From a virus (taxonomy: Duplodnaviria; Caudoviricetes), in the IMG/VR virus record IMGVR_UViG_3300027533_000247, positions 1 to 46,841 of that record: DNA of 46,841 nt; one strand, given 5' to 3'. Both the position numbers and the translations under genes were made by a program. Positions 36,616-46,690 of this stretch are shown piece after piece; positions within the stretch are counted from its first letter, which is position 1, and each line of letters starts with the position of its first letter. The notes beneath the pieces were generated by a model, which had not been told where the DNA came from, did not search any database, and worked only from the letters and a program-made list of their open reading frames with translations.

Positions 36616-36629
36616 ATCAGGAGAATATA

Positions 36630-36839
36630 ATGACTAAGCCAATAGAAAAAGAAGAGATTGTAGAATTATCAAAAGAAGAAAGACGAGAAAAAGAAAAGGA
36701 AGCAGTTAAGAAACAAGTAGAAGATGCAGCAGCAGCACATGCAGGATTACCAAGTAAGTGGGCTAAGGAAGATGCAGAAGAAAAGGCTTTAGAAGATAAA
36801 AAGAAAGTTGATGCTGAAGCCAAGGCTAATAAAAAGTAA
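36630..36839 (+). CDS. Charged coiled-coil protein
   Basis: AGGAG RBS; E/K/A-rich. Confidence 0.65.
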   Translation: MTKPIEKEEIVELSKEERREKEKEAVKKQVEDAAAAHAGLPSKWAKEDAEEKALEDKKKVDAEAKANKK

Positions 36840-36853
36840 TTCAATAGGGAGCA

Positions 36854-37285
36854 ATGGGGATGAATCCAATAGTTAAATTTTTTCATGAATTTTTTAATCC
36901 CCATTGTTCCCATTGTGCTGCTGAAAAGTTGCAGGAAATGGAACAGCGTGAATTAGACAGGGAAATTGGATTAATTTGTAATTCATGTGAAAATTTAAAG
37001 ATGCAATTGTCTGCTATGAATCAGTTAGTTAATAAGTTGACTAATAAAGAAGAAGTAGTTAGAGAAGTGCCACAGGAAACACAAAGAATTGTTCCACCTT
37101 CATTTATTCCTTGGCGTATAAAGAGACAGAGATTAGAAACTGAATCTAGATTAAAGTTACAAGAATTAAAGTCTAAATCAGTAGCAGAGAAGAATGCGGC
37201 GCAACCTGACAATAAAGTAGAGAAACACATTGAAAATTTAGAAACAGATTTAGGCATTACAGGAACTACTAATGGGACAGAATAA
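36854..37285 (+). CDS. Hypothetical protein with CxxC motifs and a coiled coil
   Basis: HCSHC and CNSC. Confidence 0.65.
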   Translation: MGMNPIVKFFHEFFNPHCSHCAAEKLQEMEQRELDREIGLICNSCENLKMQLSAMNQLVNKLTNKEEVVREVPQETQRIVPPSFIPWRIKRQRLETESRLKLQELKSKSVAEKNAAQPDNKVEKHIENLETDLGITGTTNGTE

Positions 37286-37820
37286 ACAAAGGATTGATTT
37301 AGAAGGTGGAGCAGGAAGTAGATTATTTCCTTCTCTATCTAATCAACCTAGTCCCAAAATAGATTTAGAGGGGCCTGCTGGTTCTAGTATATTTGGGGGA
37401 CAATCACAGCCCAAACAAGGATTTTTACGTCGTATATTTGGCGATCCAATATCAAACGCGACGGAGCAAGCAATACCAGGAATTAGAGCAGCATGGTCAG
37501 GTAGACAAATTGAACGTCCTGATTTAGAAGGACAAGTAAGTAGTATTCGACCTATGTCTATGTTGAACAGATTATTATATCCAGATGCATATGCTAAAAC
37601 TGGAATGTTTGGTGGAATACAATTGAATAAACCTCTAATGGATAGAGATAATCAGGACATGAATGATGTATTAGTTCATGAAATGACTCATGCTAATCAG
37701 GGAATGGGGGGATTTTTACGTAAATTATATAATCCATCTCCTGATGAATATGCTGCTATAAATAGTGAAGCAATGAGGAAAGTTCGTAAGAATGATATTG
37801 AACTGCGCGCTCCGAGATAG
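37272..37820 (+). CDS. HEXXH zincin-like metallopeptidase
   Basis: AKT...GIQLN...VLVHEMTHANQ...E..A. Confidence 0.6.
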   Translation: MGQNKQRIDLEGGAGSRLFPSLSNQPSPKIDLEGPAGSSIFGGQSQPKQGFLRRIFGDPISNATEQAIPGIRAAWSGRQIERPDLEGQVSSIRPMSMLNRLLYPDAYAKTGMFGGIQLNKPLMDRDNQDMNDVLVHEMTHANQGMGGFLRKLYNPSPDEYAAINSEAMRKVRKNDIELRAPR

Positions 37821-37822
37821 AA

Positions 37823-40183
37823 ATGCATAAGAAATTTGAAGAATTAAATCTAACTGACACTGAAATAGCTGACATTCTAGAAATGCGAGATCATTTCTGG
37901 AATGAGGATACGGCTACGCGCCAGTTACAATTACAGAAATGGCGTAGATTAAAGTTATTCTGGAATAATATTACTAATATATGGTTTGATTCTGTTGCAC
38001 ATGATTGGCGTGTTGGCAATGAAACATCACAAGATTCAGACCAAGCATATTATGATCAACGTATTAATGTATTTAAAGCTTATCTGGAATCGATTTTTGC
38101 AGCACTAAGCATCTTAGTGCCCCCAGTTAAAGCATTCCCTGATGATGCTACGAATAGTTATGATTTAGAAACAGCTAAAGCAGCAGATAAAATTGGGGGC
38201 ATTATATATCGGCATAATAGTGCTGATATGTTATGGCTCCATAATCTATATGTTTGGGGAACTGAAGGTTTAGTCTGTGGTTATAATTATGCTAAATTTG
38301 ATAAGAAATACGGAACATATAAGATAGACGAATATAAGACTGTTCCTGAAATACATCAAATTGAGACTTGCCCTCTATGCCAATTCGAGTTGAGCGATAA
38401 CGTAGTAACTGAAGAAGAATTAAAGTTACAGGAACAATTCAAATTAGAGCAGCAGCAATTACAACAGCAACAAGAACAAATTGCGCCAATCGATCCAGCA
38501 ATGCAGGATGAAATGGGCATGATGGGACAGGGCATGGAAATATGTCCTAATTGTCAACAGCCCATGCAGCCACAGGTTGAACAGAAAATTGATATTAAGG
38601 AATTATTAGTTAAAACAAATAAAGAAATTAAAGGCAAAGTTCATCTTGAATCTAAGGGTGGATTAAATTGTAAAGTTCCACTTTACGCAAGTAAACAGGA
38701 ACAAGTTTTATATCTATTCTATTGCTATGAAGATCATTATGCAAATGCAATTGAAATTTGCCCCGCGCTTCATGATAAAATAGGCAAGCAATATTCAGGT
38801 AATAATTCTGGTGGGTTTGATAGTTATGAACAATGGGCAAGATTAAATGTAGAATACAAAGGCGAATATCCAACCAATGTAGTTACGCTTAAGCATATGT
38901 GGTTGAAGTGTGCCGCATATAATATCCTCTCTGAAGAACGAGCTAAACACTGGAAAAAGAAGTATCCCAATGGAATAATGGCTCTATTCATTGGTGATTT
39001 ATTTGCTTATGCAAAAAATGAATCATTAGATGATCATTGGACATTAGAATATAATCCAATGGCTGATTATCTATCTGATGATCCTCTTGGGTCACTTCTC
39101 ACGAGTGTGCAAGAAATAACTAATGATTTAATCAGCCTCACTAAACAGACAGTGGAACATGGAGTAGGATTAACATTCGTAGACCCACAAGTTGTAGATT
39201 TAAATGCATATGGACAAACTGAAGTTGTTCCGGGTGCATTAATTCCTACTAAGCCAATTAGTGGAACTAAAAAGATATCCGATGGATTCTATGAAATTAA
39301 AACTGCCACATTATCTGGCGAGGTAATGCCATTTGGTGAGCAGATACAATCATTGGGGCAGTTGGCAAGTGGAGCAATGCCAGCATTATTTGGAGTAATG
39401 GATTCTGAGACTGCCTCTCAGGATTCTATGAGTAAGAATCAGGCTCAATCAAGACTTGGATTAAAGTGGAAAACCAAGTGTAATTGGTGGAAGCAATATA
39501 TTGGTAAAGCAATTAATTTATATATGTCCATCATTCAGTGTCAGGATGACGAGCGCGACGTACAAAAAGGTGATGATGGAAATTTCATTAACATCATTGT
39601 GCGTAAGGCAGAATTAAGTGGTAAAATTGGGCGATACGAATTAGAAGCTAATGAGAATTTACCAATGTCATGGTCACAACGTAAAGATGTGATTATGCAA
39701 TTATTATTGTCACCTAATCCTCAAATTGTGCAATGGTTAATGTTACCTGAGAATCAACCCGCGCTTCGGGCTACAATAGGAATTGACAATTTCAATATAC
39801 CTGGTGCAGATGACGTAGATAAGCAATGGGCTGAAATTCAACAATTAATTGAATCTGAACCATTAGAAACTGGCGACGCGCTTGTTCCAATAGCTCCAAG
39901 TGTTGAAGTGGATGTATTAATGGATACACATCCGATTCAATTTGAAATTGTTAGGAAATGGTGTGTATCCGAGGTTGGACAATATTACAAGTACAATCTA
40001 CCTGAGAAATATACAAACGTATTATTGCATGGTAAACAGCATTTAGATGCAATGAATATGGGCGGTTCAATGACTGGTGAAACTGAAAATCCTGAACAGG
40101 GGAATCCTCAGGATGGACAGAAGAAATTAAACAATAAGGATGTCCCAATTACTGGAGATACAAATGTTCCTGCTATTCAATGA
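37823..40183 (+). CDS. Portal protein
   Basis: 786 aa between TerL and scaffold; P22-like features (IN.FKAY, P.VKAFP, ETAS...Q). Confidence 0.85.
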   Translation: MHKKFEELNLTDTEIADILEMRDHFWNEDTATRQLQLQKWRRLKLFWNNITNIWFDSVAHDWRVGNETSQDSDQAYYDQRINVFKAYLESIFAALSILVPPVKAFPDDATNSYDLETAKAADKIGGIIYRHNSADMLWLHNLYVWGTEGLVCGYNYAKFDKKYGTYKIDEYKTVPEIHQIETCPLCQFELSDNVVTEEELKLQEQFKLEQQQLQQQQEQIAPIDPAMQDEMGMMGQGMEICPNCQQPMQPQVEQKIDIKELLVKTNKEIKGKVHLESKGGLNCKVPLYASKQEQVLYLFYCYEDHYANAIEICPALHDKIGKQYSGNNSGGFDSYEQWARLNVEYKGEYPTNVVTLKHMWLKCAAYNILSEERAKHWKKKYPNGIMALFIGDLFAYAKNESLDDHWTLEYNPMADYLSDDPLGSLLTSVQEITNDLISLTKQTVEHGVGLTFVDPQVVDLNAYGQTEVVPGALIPTKPISGTKKISDGFYEIKTATLSGEVMPFGEQIQSLGQLASGAMPALFGVMDSETASQDSMSKNQAQSRLGLKWKTKCNWWKQYIGKAINLYMSIIQCQDDERDVQKGDDGNFINIIVRKAELSGKIGRYELEANENLPMSWSQRKDVIMQLLLSPNPQIVQWLMLPENQPALRATIGIDNFNIPGADDVDKQWAEIQQLIESEPLETGDALVPIAPSVEVDVLMDTHPIQFEIVRKWCVSEVGQYYKYNLPEKYTNVLLHGKQHLDAMNMGGSMTGETENPEQGNPQDGQKKLNNKDVPITGDTNVPAIQ

Positions 40184-41459
40184 AATTTTAAGTCCCGAAG
40201 ATGCAATTACTAGTGGTGGAAATTCCGATGACTTGTCAGCGGATATTTTGAAGGCATTAGGTGAAAATGAAGAACCTTCCCCAGACAATAATGTTGACAG
40301 TGAAATTCCACCTGATGAGAAGGAAAAAGTTAAAGAAGATATTAAAGAAGATAAGAAAGATGAAGATAAGGAAGAAATAGACGAATTAGCAGAATTAGAA
40401 GAAGAATTAAAAGAACCAACTGATGACGATTTAGAATTAAAGACTCCAGTTAATCGCCGCGCATTGAAAACGGATTATCCTGATATATTCAAGAAGCATC
40501 CAGGATTAGAATCGACTATTTATCGTGAACGTGCATATACTGAATTATTACCAACTATTGCCGATGCAAAAGAAGCATTAGGCGCCGCTCAAACATTAGA
40601 TAGGTTTGAGAAAGATTTAAAAACTGGTAATACAGTAGATATTATGAAGGCTGTGTTAGCTGACGACCCTAATGCGTTTGCTAAAATGGCTGATAGTTAC
40701 ATGGATAATCTAGGCAAGGTTGACCCTAATGCACGATTACATGTAATTGGAAATATAGCTAAAGATATTGTTGAGGAAATGCTTAAATATGGTAAGGATG
40801 CTGAAAATGAAGAAGTCCAAAATGCAGCTTCTATTCTTTACCAATTCATGTTTAACTCAACTAAGTGGAAGCCTAAGCAGAGGTTATCTGTGGACGAAGT
40901 AATTGACCAGTCAACTAATGCTGAGAAATTAAAGTTACAGAAGGAACGTGAGGAATTTGAATCCTCAAAACAGAAAGAACATAGCACTAAGATAATGACA
41001 AGTGTGAATAATCAGGTCAAATCCACTATTGAGAAAACAATAGACGCAAAAGACCAGATGACCCCATTTGTTAAGTCTAAGGCTATCGAGGAAGTATTAA
41101 ATAAAGCCTCGCATTTACTTGAGAAAGACATTAGATTCCAGCAGATAGTTAAACAGTTGAATGATAAAGCTGGAAAAGAGAAATTCTCAGATGAAGCAAT
41201 GAATCGTATTCGTGCGACTTATTTGAATAAGTATAAGTCAATTCTGTTACCAATTATTAAGTCAGTTCGCGCCGAAGCTCTAAAGGGCAGTGTTAAGAAA
41301 ATTCAGGATAAAGACAGTGAGATTAACGATACAACTGAACGTGCAAATAGGGCTGATACCACAAGCCGTAATACCAATAAAGGTGGAAATAAGCTAGACC
41401 AAACCAAACCATTACCCGGAGAGACAAGTACAGAATTCTTGTTACGACGGGCTAAATAA
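40164..41459 (+). CDS. Capsid scaffolding protein
   Basis: Acidic N-terminus, coiled coils, located before the MCP; GGAG RBS before the ATG at 40164. Confidence 0.75.
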   Translation: MFLLFNEILSPEDAITSGGNSDDLSADILKALGENEEPSPDNNVDSEIPPDEKEKVKEDIKEDKKDEDKEEIDELAELEEELKEPTDDDLELKTPVNRRALKTDYPDIFKKHPGLESTIYRERAYTELLPTIADAKEALGAAQTLDRFEKDLKTGNTVDIMKAVLADDPNAFAKMADSYMDNLGKVDPNARLHVIGNIAKDIVEEMLKYGKDAENEEVQNAASILYQFMFNSTKWKPKQRLSVDEVIDQSTNAEKLKLQKEREEFESSKQKEHSTKIMTSVNNQVKSTIEKTIDAKDQMTPFVKSKAIEEVLNKASHLLEKDIRFQQIVKQLNDKAGKEKFSDEAMNRIRATYLNKYKSILLPIIKSVRAEALKGSVKKIQDKDSEINDTTERANRADTTSRNTNKGGNKLDQTKPLPGETSTEFLLRRAK

Positions 41460-41474
41460 AATATAGGTAGTCCA

Positions 41475-42719
41475 ATGGCAGTAGTTGAACCTAATGTTGT
41501 AGCGTTAGAACTTGAGAAGGTTGTCCCTGATGTTCAGACGCTCTTTGACTTCGATGGCCCTTTCTACGCTTCTATTAAAAAGAAGAATGTAGAAAAGATT
41601 TCATATAGACAGATGCGAGTTCCACTTAAGTTACGTCCAGGTGGAAATTTCGGTTACTACGATCCTAATGGTGGAGATTTAGGACGTGGTAGCGGCCCAC
41701 AGTGGGATAAGGCTGTTGTTCAATCAGTGTTCCTCAAGGAAGGTATTGAATACACTAAGTTAGTTGAGAATGCTACTGATGATTCACGTAAGAGCGTTAA
41801 GAACGCGGTGCGTGATATGGTTGGAACTGCATTAGATGAATTCAAGAAACAGATTGATTCTCAGATGATGCAGTCTGGAACTGGGCAGGTTGGGACTATA
41901 TCGAGCGTAACTACGTCGGGCGGTGTTGATACTGTAGTCCTGACTAATACGTTTGGTGCTAAATTAGTTAGGTTCAATCAGGTAGTTAGCGTATTCGATA
42001 GTACGCTAGCAACTAATAGGGGCAGCGCAACTATCACTTTGTGGGATGTTGCGAATAACACTATTCAGTTAACCCCCGCAATTGCTAGTATTGCTGCTAC
42101 TGACGTATTAATTACTGAAGGTATTACGTCTCCATTGTCGATGCCTGCATTGTATGGGGTGCCTTATCAACACTCAAACGCTAGCACTGGCACATGGTTA
42201 GGTTTTTCTCGCGCTTCGACTCCAGAAATTCGAGCAAATCGTGTTAATGGTGGTGGTAGTGCATTTGCAATCCCACTTCCTCGGCTCGCTATTAACATGA
42301 TTGGCAATAGGGTTGGAATTGATAATAATTTTAATCCTAAGGCATGGTTACATCCTTGTCAGAAGCAGGCATATGAGGATGTTGGTCAGAGCGTTAGCAT
42401 TATACAGAAGCAGCCCAAAGAAGAAGGGCTGAATATGTATTTTGATAAGATGTCTATGGCTGGTGCTCCTACTATGGAGTCCTTCTCATGGGATAAGACT
42501 CGTATTGATTTTGTCACGGATAATGTTTGGGGCCGCGGCGAAACTCTACCTGTTGGATTCTATAAGACTGACGGACGTAATATTTTTGAAATTCGCGGTG
42601 CTAGTGGTGGAGTGGCTACTGCGGAAATCTTCTACATGGTTACGGGTTTTCAGGTATTCGTGAATAACCCCGCGGCGTGTGCTTATATTGATAACCTGCA
42701 AATTCCTGCTGGTTACTAA
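41475..42719 (+). CDS. Major capsid protein
   Basis: 414 aa after the scaffold; ends NNPAACAYIDNL; skewed codon usage. Confidence 0.85.
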   Translation: MAVVEPNVVALELEKVVPDVQTLFDFDGPFYASIKKKNVEKISYRQMRVPLKLRPGGNFGYYDPNGGDLGRGSGPQWDKAVVQSVFLKEGIEYTKLVENATDDSRKSVKNAVRDMVGTALDEFKKQIDSQMMQSGTGQVGTISSVTTSGGVDTVVLTNTFGAKLVRFNQVVSVFDSTLATNRGSATITLWDVANNTIQLTPAIASIAATDVLITEGITSPLSMPALYGVPYQHSNASTGTWLGFSRASTPEIRANRVNGGGSAFAIPLPRLAINMIGNRVGIDNNFNPKAWLHPCQKQAYEDVGQSVSIIQKQPKEEGLNMYFDKMSMAGAPTMESFSWDKTRIDFVTDNVWGRGETLPVGFYKTDGRNIFEIRGASGGVATAEIFYMVTGFQVFVNNPAACAYIDNLQIPAGY

Positions 42720-42743
42720 TTAGACAGAGAGGAAAATCTAATT

Positions 42744-42971
42744 ATGGCTGGTGTTATTTCGGCAACTGTAACGGGAACTATCGGAAATGGGCAGGCATTA
42801 TCGTCTGCTTCATTCACTAATCAGGCAACAGTTAAGTTTAATGCTGTTACTGCAATGTTAGAACTTGTTGATGTTAATGACAAAGTTCTAAATATCTCAA
42901 TCGCCGCTGCTACTACTGTAACTATCACGTTATCCGCCGCTGCGGGTAATTATACTGTCACTGTTAGTTAA
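42744..42971 (+). CDS. Capsid decoration / small structural protein
   Basis: Strong RBS, beta-rich, follows the MCP. Confidence 0.55.
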   Translation: MAGVISATVTGTIGNGQALSSASFTNQATVKFNAVTAMLELVDVNDKVLNISIAAATTVTITLSAAAGNYTVTVS

Positions 42972-42987
42972 GAGGAGATAACCAATC

Positions 42988-43311
42988 ATGGCAAATTATC
43001 CTTTTGACTTCTATACCGCGCAAAGTCCGCAACAGTTACAGCCTAATACTATTGCTTCGGCTGCAACTATTACTCCTACGCATAAGTTTACTCGGGTGAC
43101 TGGAACTACTTCTATTACCAAGATTAATCCACCTGTAGAAGCATATCATGAGTTAACATTTGTGTTTACTTCTGCATATGCTACTGCATTCAATACTGGT
43201 GGTAGTGGTAGTGGTGCAATCCATGCTGCATACACAAGTGTTGCGGATCGTCCTGTAACGTTGTATTATGATCCTCGCACTCGTTTGTATTACGTGATGA
43301 CTGTTGCTTAA
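42988..43311 (+). CDS. Capsid decoration / small structural protein
   Basis: GAGGAG RBS; TIASAATIT...VTGTT.I..I motif. Confidence 0.55.
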   Translation: MANYPFDFYTAQSPQQLQPNTIASAATITPTHKFTRVTGTTSITKINPPVEAYHELTFVFTSAYATAFNTGGSGSGAIHAAYTSVADRPVTLYYDPRTRLYYVMTVA

Positions 43312-43318
43312 TTAAGGA

Positions 43319-43359
43319 TTGAAGTGCGGTGTGGTTTAAAAACTGCATCGCACTTCAAA
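43319..43359 (+). terminator. Terminator hairpin after the capsid genes
   Basis: TTGAAGTGCGGTGTGGTTT / AAACTGCATCGCACTTCAA with G-U pairs on the + strand. Confidence 0.75.
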
Positions 43360-43360
43360 T

Positions 43361-43993
43361 TTGAATATGGACACATTAAACATAGTAAATGAAAAGTCAG
43401 AACCAAATAAATCTCTTCGTGAGATAATTAATGCACGTTTAATTGAACATTTTGGAACTGATACAATTTCATGTCTACCTATATGGCGGGTTAGTTGGGC
43501 ACCTGACCATTATGAGAAAAGATTTGGAACTTGGGAAGATTATGGTCAGGGTGGAATATTCATTAGGCGCGTAACTGAAATGCGTGAGATGAAGAAGTAT
43601 CCACATTTACCCAAGCATTATGTATTTGAGCGATTAGTGTTAGTTCCCGCTGAGCAGCAGAAGGAATTATGTGGGGCTAAAATTAGTTATGAACCAATAC
43701 ATCCATTTTGGGATAGCAATACCAATCCATTACCTCCTAATTGGGAAGTCTGCAAAATTATTGTAGACATGATTCACTATAGACTCGGTAGAGGCCCCAA
43801 TCCACTTGCAATACAAGATCCAGATGCAGATGGAAATAATGGATTAGAGGCACAAAAAGAACGAGTCAAAAAGATTATGCAGGGTTTGTATGGGAATGAA
43901 ACGCGCATTGGAGATCATTTATCGGATAAGACGGGTGTATTTTTAGATTCTGGTTTAATACTTACGGATACGGGCTTATCAAAGTCCAATTAA
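43361..43993 (+). CDS. Hypothetical late protein
   Basis: Long ORF in the head-tail region. Confidence 0.7.
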   Translation: MNMDTLNIVNEKSEPNKSLREIINARLIEHFGTDTISCLPIWRVSWAPDHYEKRFGTWEDYGQGGIFIRRVTEMREMKKYPHLPKHYVFERLVLVPAEQQKELCGAKISYEPIHPFWDSNTNPLPPNWEVCKIIVDMIHYRLGRGPNPLAIQDPDADGNNGLEAQKERVKKIMQGLYGNETRIGDHLSDKTGVFLDSGLILTDTGLSKSN

Positions 43994-44005
43994 GGAGAAA
44001 TTCAC

Positions 44006-44692
44006 ATGGCAGCAGGAATGGCAATTGCACCAACGAATAAGCGAACGATTAGACAACAGACTAATCCATTAGATAAGGCTACTATTGTCTCAATTTGTCC
44101 ATTACGAATTGCAGATCATAAACACACCACTCAGCCATCCTATTATGTATTGGAGCCTGGTAGTGAAGAAAATCCGTCTATTCTTGTGGTTGGGCCAAGT
44201 AGTTGGTGGCGTGAAATTGATGAGCATATGCCCCTAATTGAATTAACTTCAGGTGCAATGGTTGTTGCCGATGCAGTAATTAAAGATTATTGCAATGGTA
44301 TGTTAGAAATTACTGAAGATGCATATCCTGGATTCTTCTTTGTTCCGGGTGCATTTGATATCGAATATATCAAGAAGAATTATTCCACCGCATTTACTGA
44401 AGTGGCTAGAAAGCAGAAGAACTGGTTTAGAAATTTAGTTGATTTAGGCGATAAGGGATGGGCCAATACTAATGGTAATCCCCGTGCTATCAACGGACTA
44501 ATGCGTATGGCTGCTGAAGCATTAGGAATGCAAGATAGAGATTGGATGAAAACTACATTGGATATTAAGAAGATTCCATGTGTGGCTTGCGGTAATTTAC
44601 GTAATCCAGCCTATCCAATTTGTGGTGCTTGTAATCGTGTGGTTGATTTGAAACTTGCTCAGAAATTGGGCATTGTTGATTTGACTAAGTAG
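44006..44692 (+). CDS. Hypothetical protein with a C-terminal zinc ribbon
   Basis: CVACG...CGAC; AAGGAG RBS. Confidence 0.7.
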   Translation: MAAGMAIAPTNKRTIRQQTNPLDKATIVSICPLRIADHKHTTQPSYYVLEPGSEENPSILVVGPSSWWREIDEHMPLIELTSGAMVVADAVIKDYCNGMLEITEDAYPGFFFVPGAFDIEYIKKNYSTAFTEVARKQKNWFRNLVDLGDKGWANTNGNPRAINGLMRMAAEALGMQDRDWMKTTLDIKKIPCVACGNLRNPAYPICGACNRVVDLKLAQKLGIVDLTK

Positions 44693-44700
44693 GAGTATAT

Positions 44701-44922
44701 ATGAATGGTATTGGTTGGGCAGTTAAAGAAATGCACAATGGTAATAAAGTAACTCGACGGGGTTGGAATGGTAAAGATATGTATTTAGCTTTACAAATTC
44801 CTGATGAAAATTCTAAAATGTCTTTACCTTATGTTTATATGAAAACTGTAGATAACAAATTGGTTCCTTGGTTGTGTTCTCAAACAGATTTATTATCTAT
44901 TGATTGGGAACTTGTTAACTAA
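44701..44922 (+). CDS. tad2: DUF2829 / Tad2-like anti-defence nucleotide sponge
   Basis: G.KV.R.GWNGK.MY...PW..SQTDLL..DW signature. Confidence 0.85.
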   Translation: MNGIGWAVKEMHNGNKVTRRGWNGKDMYLALQIPDENSKMSLPYVYMKTVDNKLVPWLCSQTDLLSIDWELVN

Positions 44923-44935
44923 GTAGGACACAAGA

Positions 44936-45646
44936 ATGGCAACTGTAAACTTAACCGGAACGCAAGTTGCAAATTTTGCAGCAGCTCGTTTAAATGATGC
45001 TAGTCAAACTCTTTATACGGATGCTGTACAGTTGCCATTTCTTAATATTGCTTTAGCTGAATTACAGGAAATATATGAAGCCAATAATATTCCTGTTACT
45101 GATACTACAAGTGCAGTAATTAATGTTCCTACTGCATCAGCAGGAATTGTGACTATTGGATTTACAGGAACAGCGGGTAGAATTTTACCAACTGATTTAA
45201 TTGAACCTAAAGTTGTATGGGAAAGTCCAGAGGGATTAAACCAATGGATTACCATGACTAAACTAGATTATTTACCCCAATATGATTTGAATGCTCAAAT
45301 TAGCACATTAGTTAATTATCAGTGGGCGACAAATGCAATTAAGGTTTTAGCAGCTAATGCTGATAACGATATTAAGTTAGATTATGTTCGTAACTTATTT
45401 ACAGAACTTACGGATATTACTACTGATTTACTTGTTCAAAATAGTCTGTCATTTTTGGGTAATCGCGTTGCTAGTCTTGTAGCATCCGACATAGAAGAAA
45501 ATGAAGGACGCAGCCAAAGATTGTATTTGGATGCACTTCAGGGATTAGATAGAGCGTTAACCATACCAACAAAGGGGAGACAAAGAATAACTACACGACG
45601 TAGACCGTTTAGAAGTGGATACAAGAATTCTCGCATGGTTGAGTAA
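44936..45646 (+). CDS. Head-tail adaptor / tail tubular protein A
   Basis: ARLND...FLNIALAEL...LPTDLI pattern; gene order. Confidence 0.65.
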   Translation: MATVNLTGTQVANFAAARLNDASQTLYTDAVQLPFLNIALAELQEIYEANNIPVTDTTSAVINVPTASAGIVTIGFTGTAGRILPTDLIEPKVVWESPEGLNQWITMTKLDYLPQYDLNAQISTLVNYQWATNAIKVLAANADNDIKLDYVRNLFTELTDITTDLLVQNSLSFLGNRVASLVASDIEENEGRSQRLYLDALQGLDRALTIPTKGRQRITTRRRPFRSGYKNSRMVE

Positions 45647-45702
45647 TTCTCTGTTCATGGGGATTTTCATGGACGTTCTAAAGATAGGACGGAGATAATA
45701 TT

Positions 45703-46632
45703 ATGTCAGGTCAACCCGGTTTATGGCAGCAATTACGGCAGGATAGTCGAGATATGAACTTATCCAATAGATTAGGTTCTATTGGTAGGACTTGGTTTGT
45801 ATTTCCTGATGGTAAGGGGCCAAGGGGTTCATTTACGTCAATGACTACATTATTGACGGGAGGACTATTACGTAGTCGTGATGTAATTGTCTTGGGTGGA
45901 GTATTAAGGGAACAGTGTGTTGCCCCATTAGATATATACGATGTAACTATTATTGGTGCAGCTAATCGTCCTAGACAGTCTACTAGTGGTGGCGTTCCTA
46001 CTGGTGGTGGCGCTACTTGGATGGCACCCGCTTCTGGTGCTGTAGCGTCTACTCCATTATTAGAATTACGTGCTCAGGGTTGGAGTATTAATAATATTTC
46101 ATTTACTCCACATACTAGTTCCGCCGGAATTAGACTTACACGTTCTGCATCAGTAGATACTATTGATGCTGGACATGTGGAAATTTCTGATTGTTTATTT
46201 GCGGGTCAAGGTGGTACAGGACAAATTGGAATTGAAGATAGTGGTGGTTCTGGCTTCGCCCTTATTCAGAATAATAGATTTGAAGATTTAACGGGAACTG
46301 CTATTAAGGGATTAAGCACTGGTGCTGCTGTTCCCCAGAAATGGCGAGTTACTCGAAATGTATTTACTCGGAATACCAATGCAATTGGAATGTCATCTTC
46401 AAAAGGATTGTTTGATTGGAATGTGTTTAATCAGGCTGCTGATGATACTAACTTTAAAGTTAACCTTGTTGCTGTTTCTGCACAGGGTGATTTAAATATG
46501 GTATTGCATAATGTATTTTCAGATGCAGCAGCCAATGTAACTATTGCTAAAGGTTACAAACCCGGAACTACAGATGTTTGGAGGAATTGGGTTACTGATA
46601 CTGCTGCTTACATTATTACTGTGCCCGCATAG
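45703..46632 (+). CDS. Right-handed beta-helix (pectin-lyase-like) virion protein
   Basis: DVI...G...E, DVTIIG and repeated I.N..F rungs. Confidence 0.7.
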   Translation: MSGQPGLWQQLRQDSRDMNLSNRLGSIGRTWFVFPDGKGPRGSFTSMTTLLTGGLLRSRDVIVLGGVLREQCVAPLDIYDVTIIGAANRPRQSTSGGVPTGGGATWMAPASGAVASTPLLELRAQGWSINNISFTPHTSSAGIRLTRSASVDTIDAGHVEISDCLFAGQGGTGQIGIEDSGGSGFALIQNNRFEDLTGTAIKGLSTGAAVPQKWRVTRNVFTRNTNAIGMSSSKGLFDWNVFNQAADDTNFKVNLVAVSAQGDLNMVLHNVFSDAAANVTIAKGYKPGTTDVWRNWVTDTAAYIITVPA

Positions 46633-46690
46633 TTGAAATACAGAGGGTTTGCGCATTCTGTGATAACGCATTCATTCAATTGAGACAATA

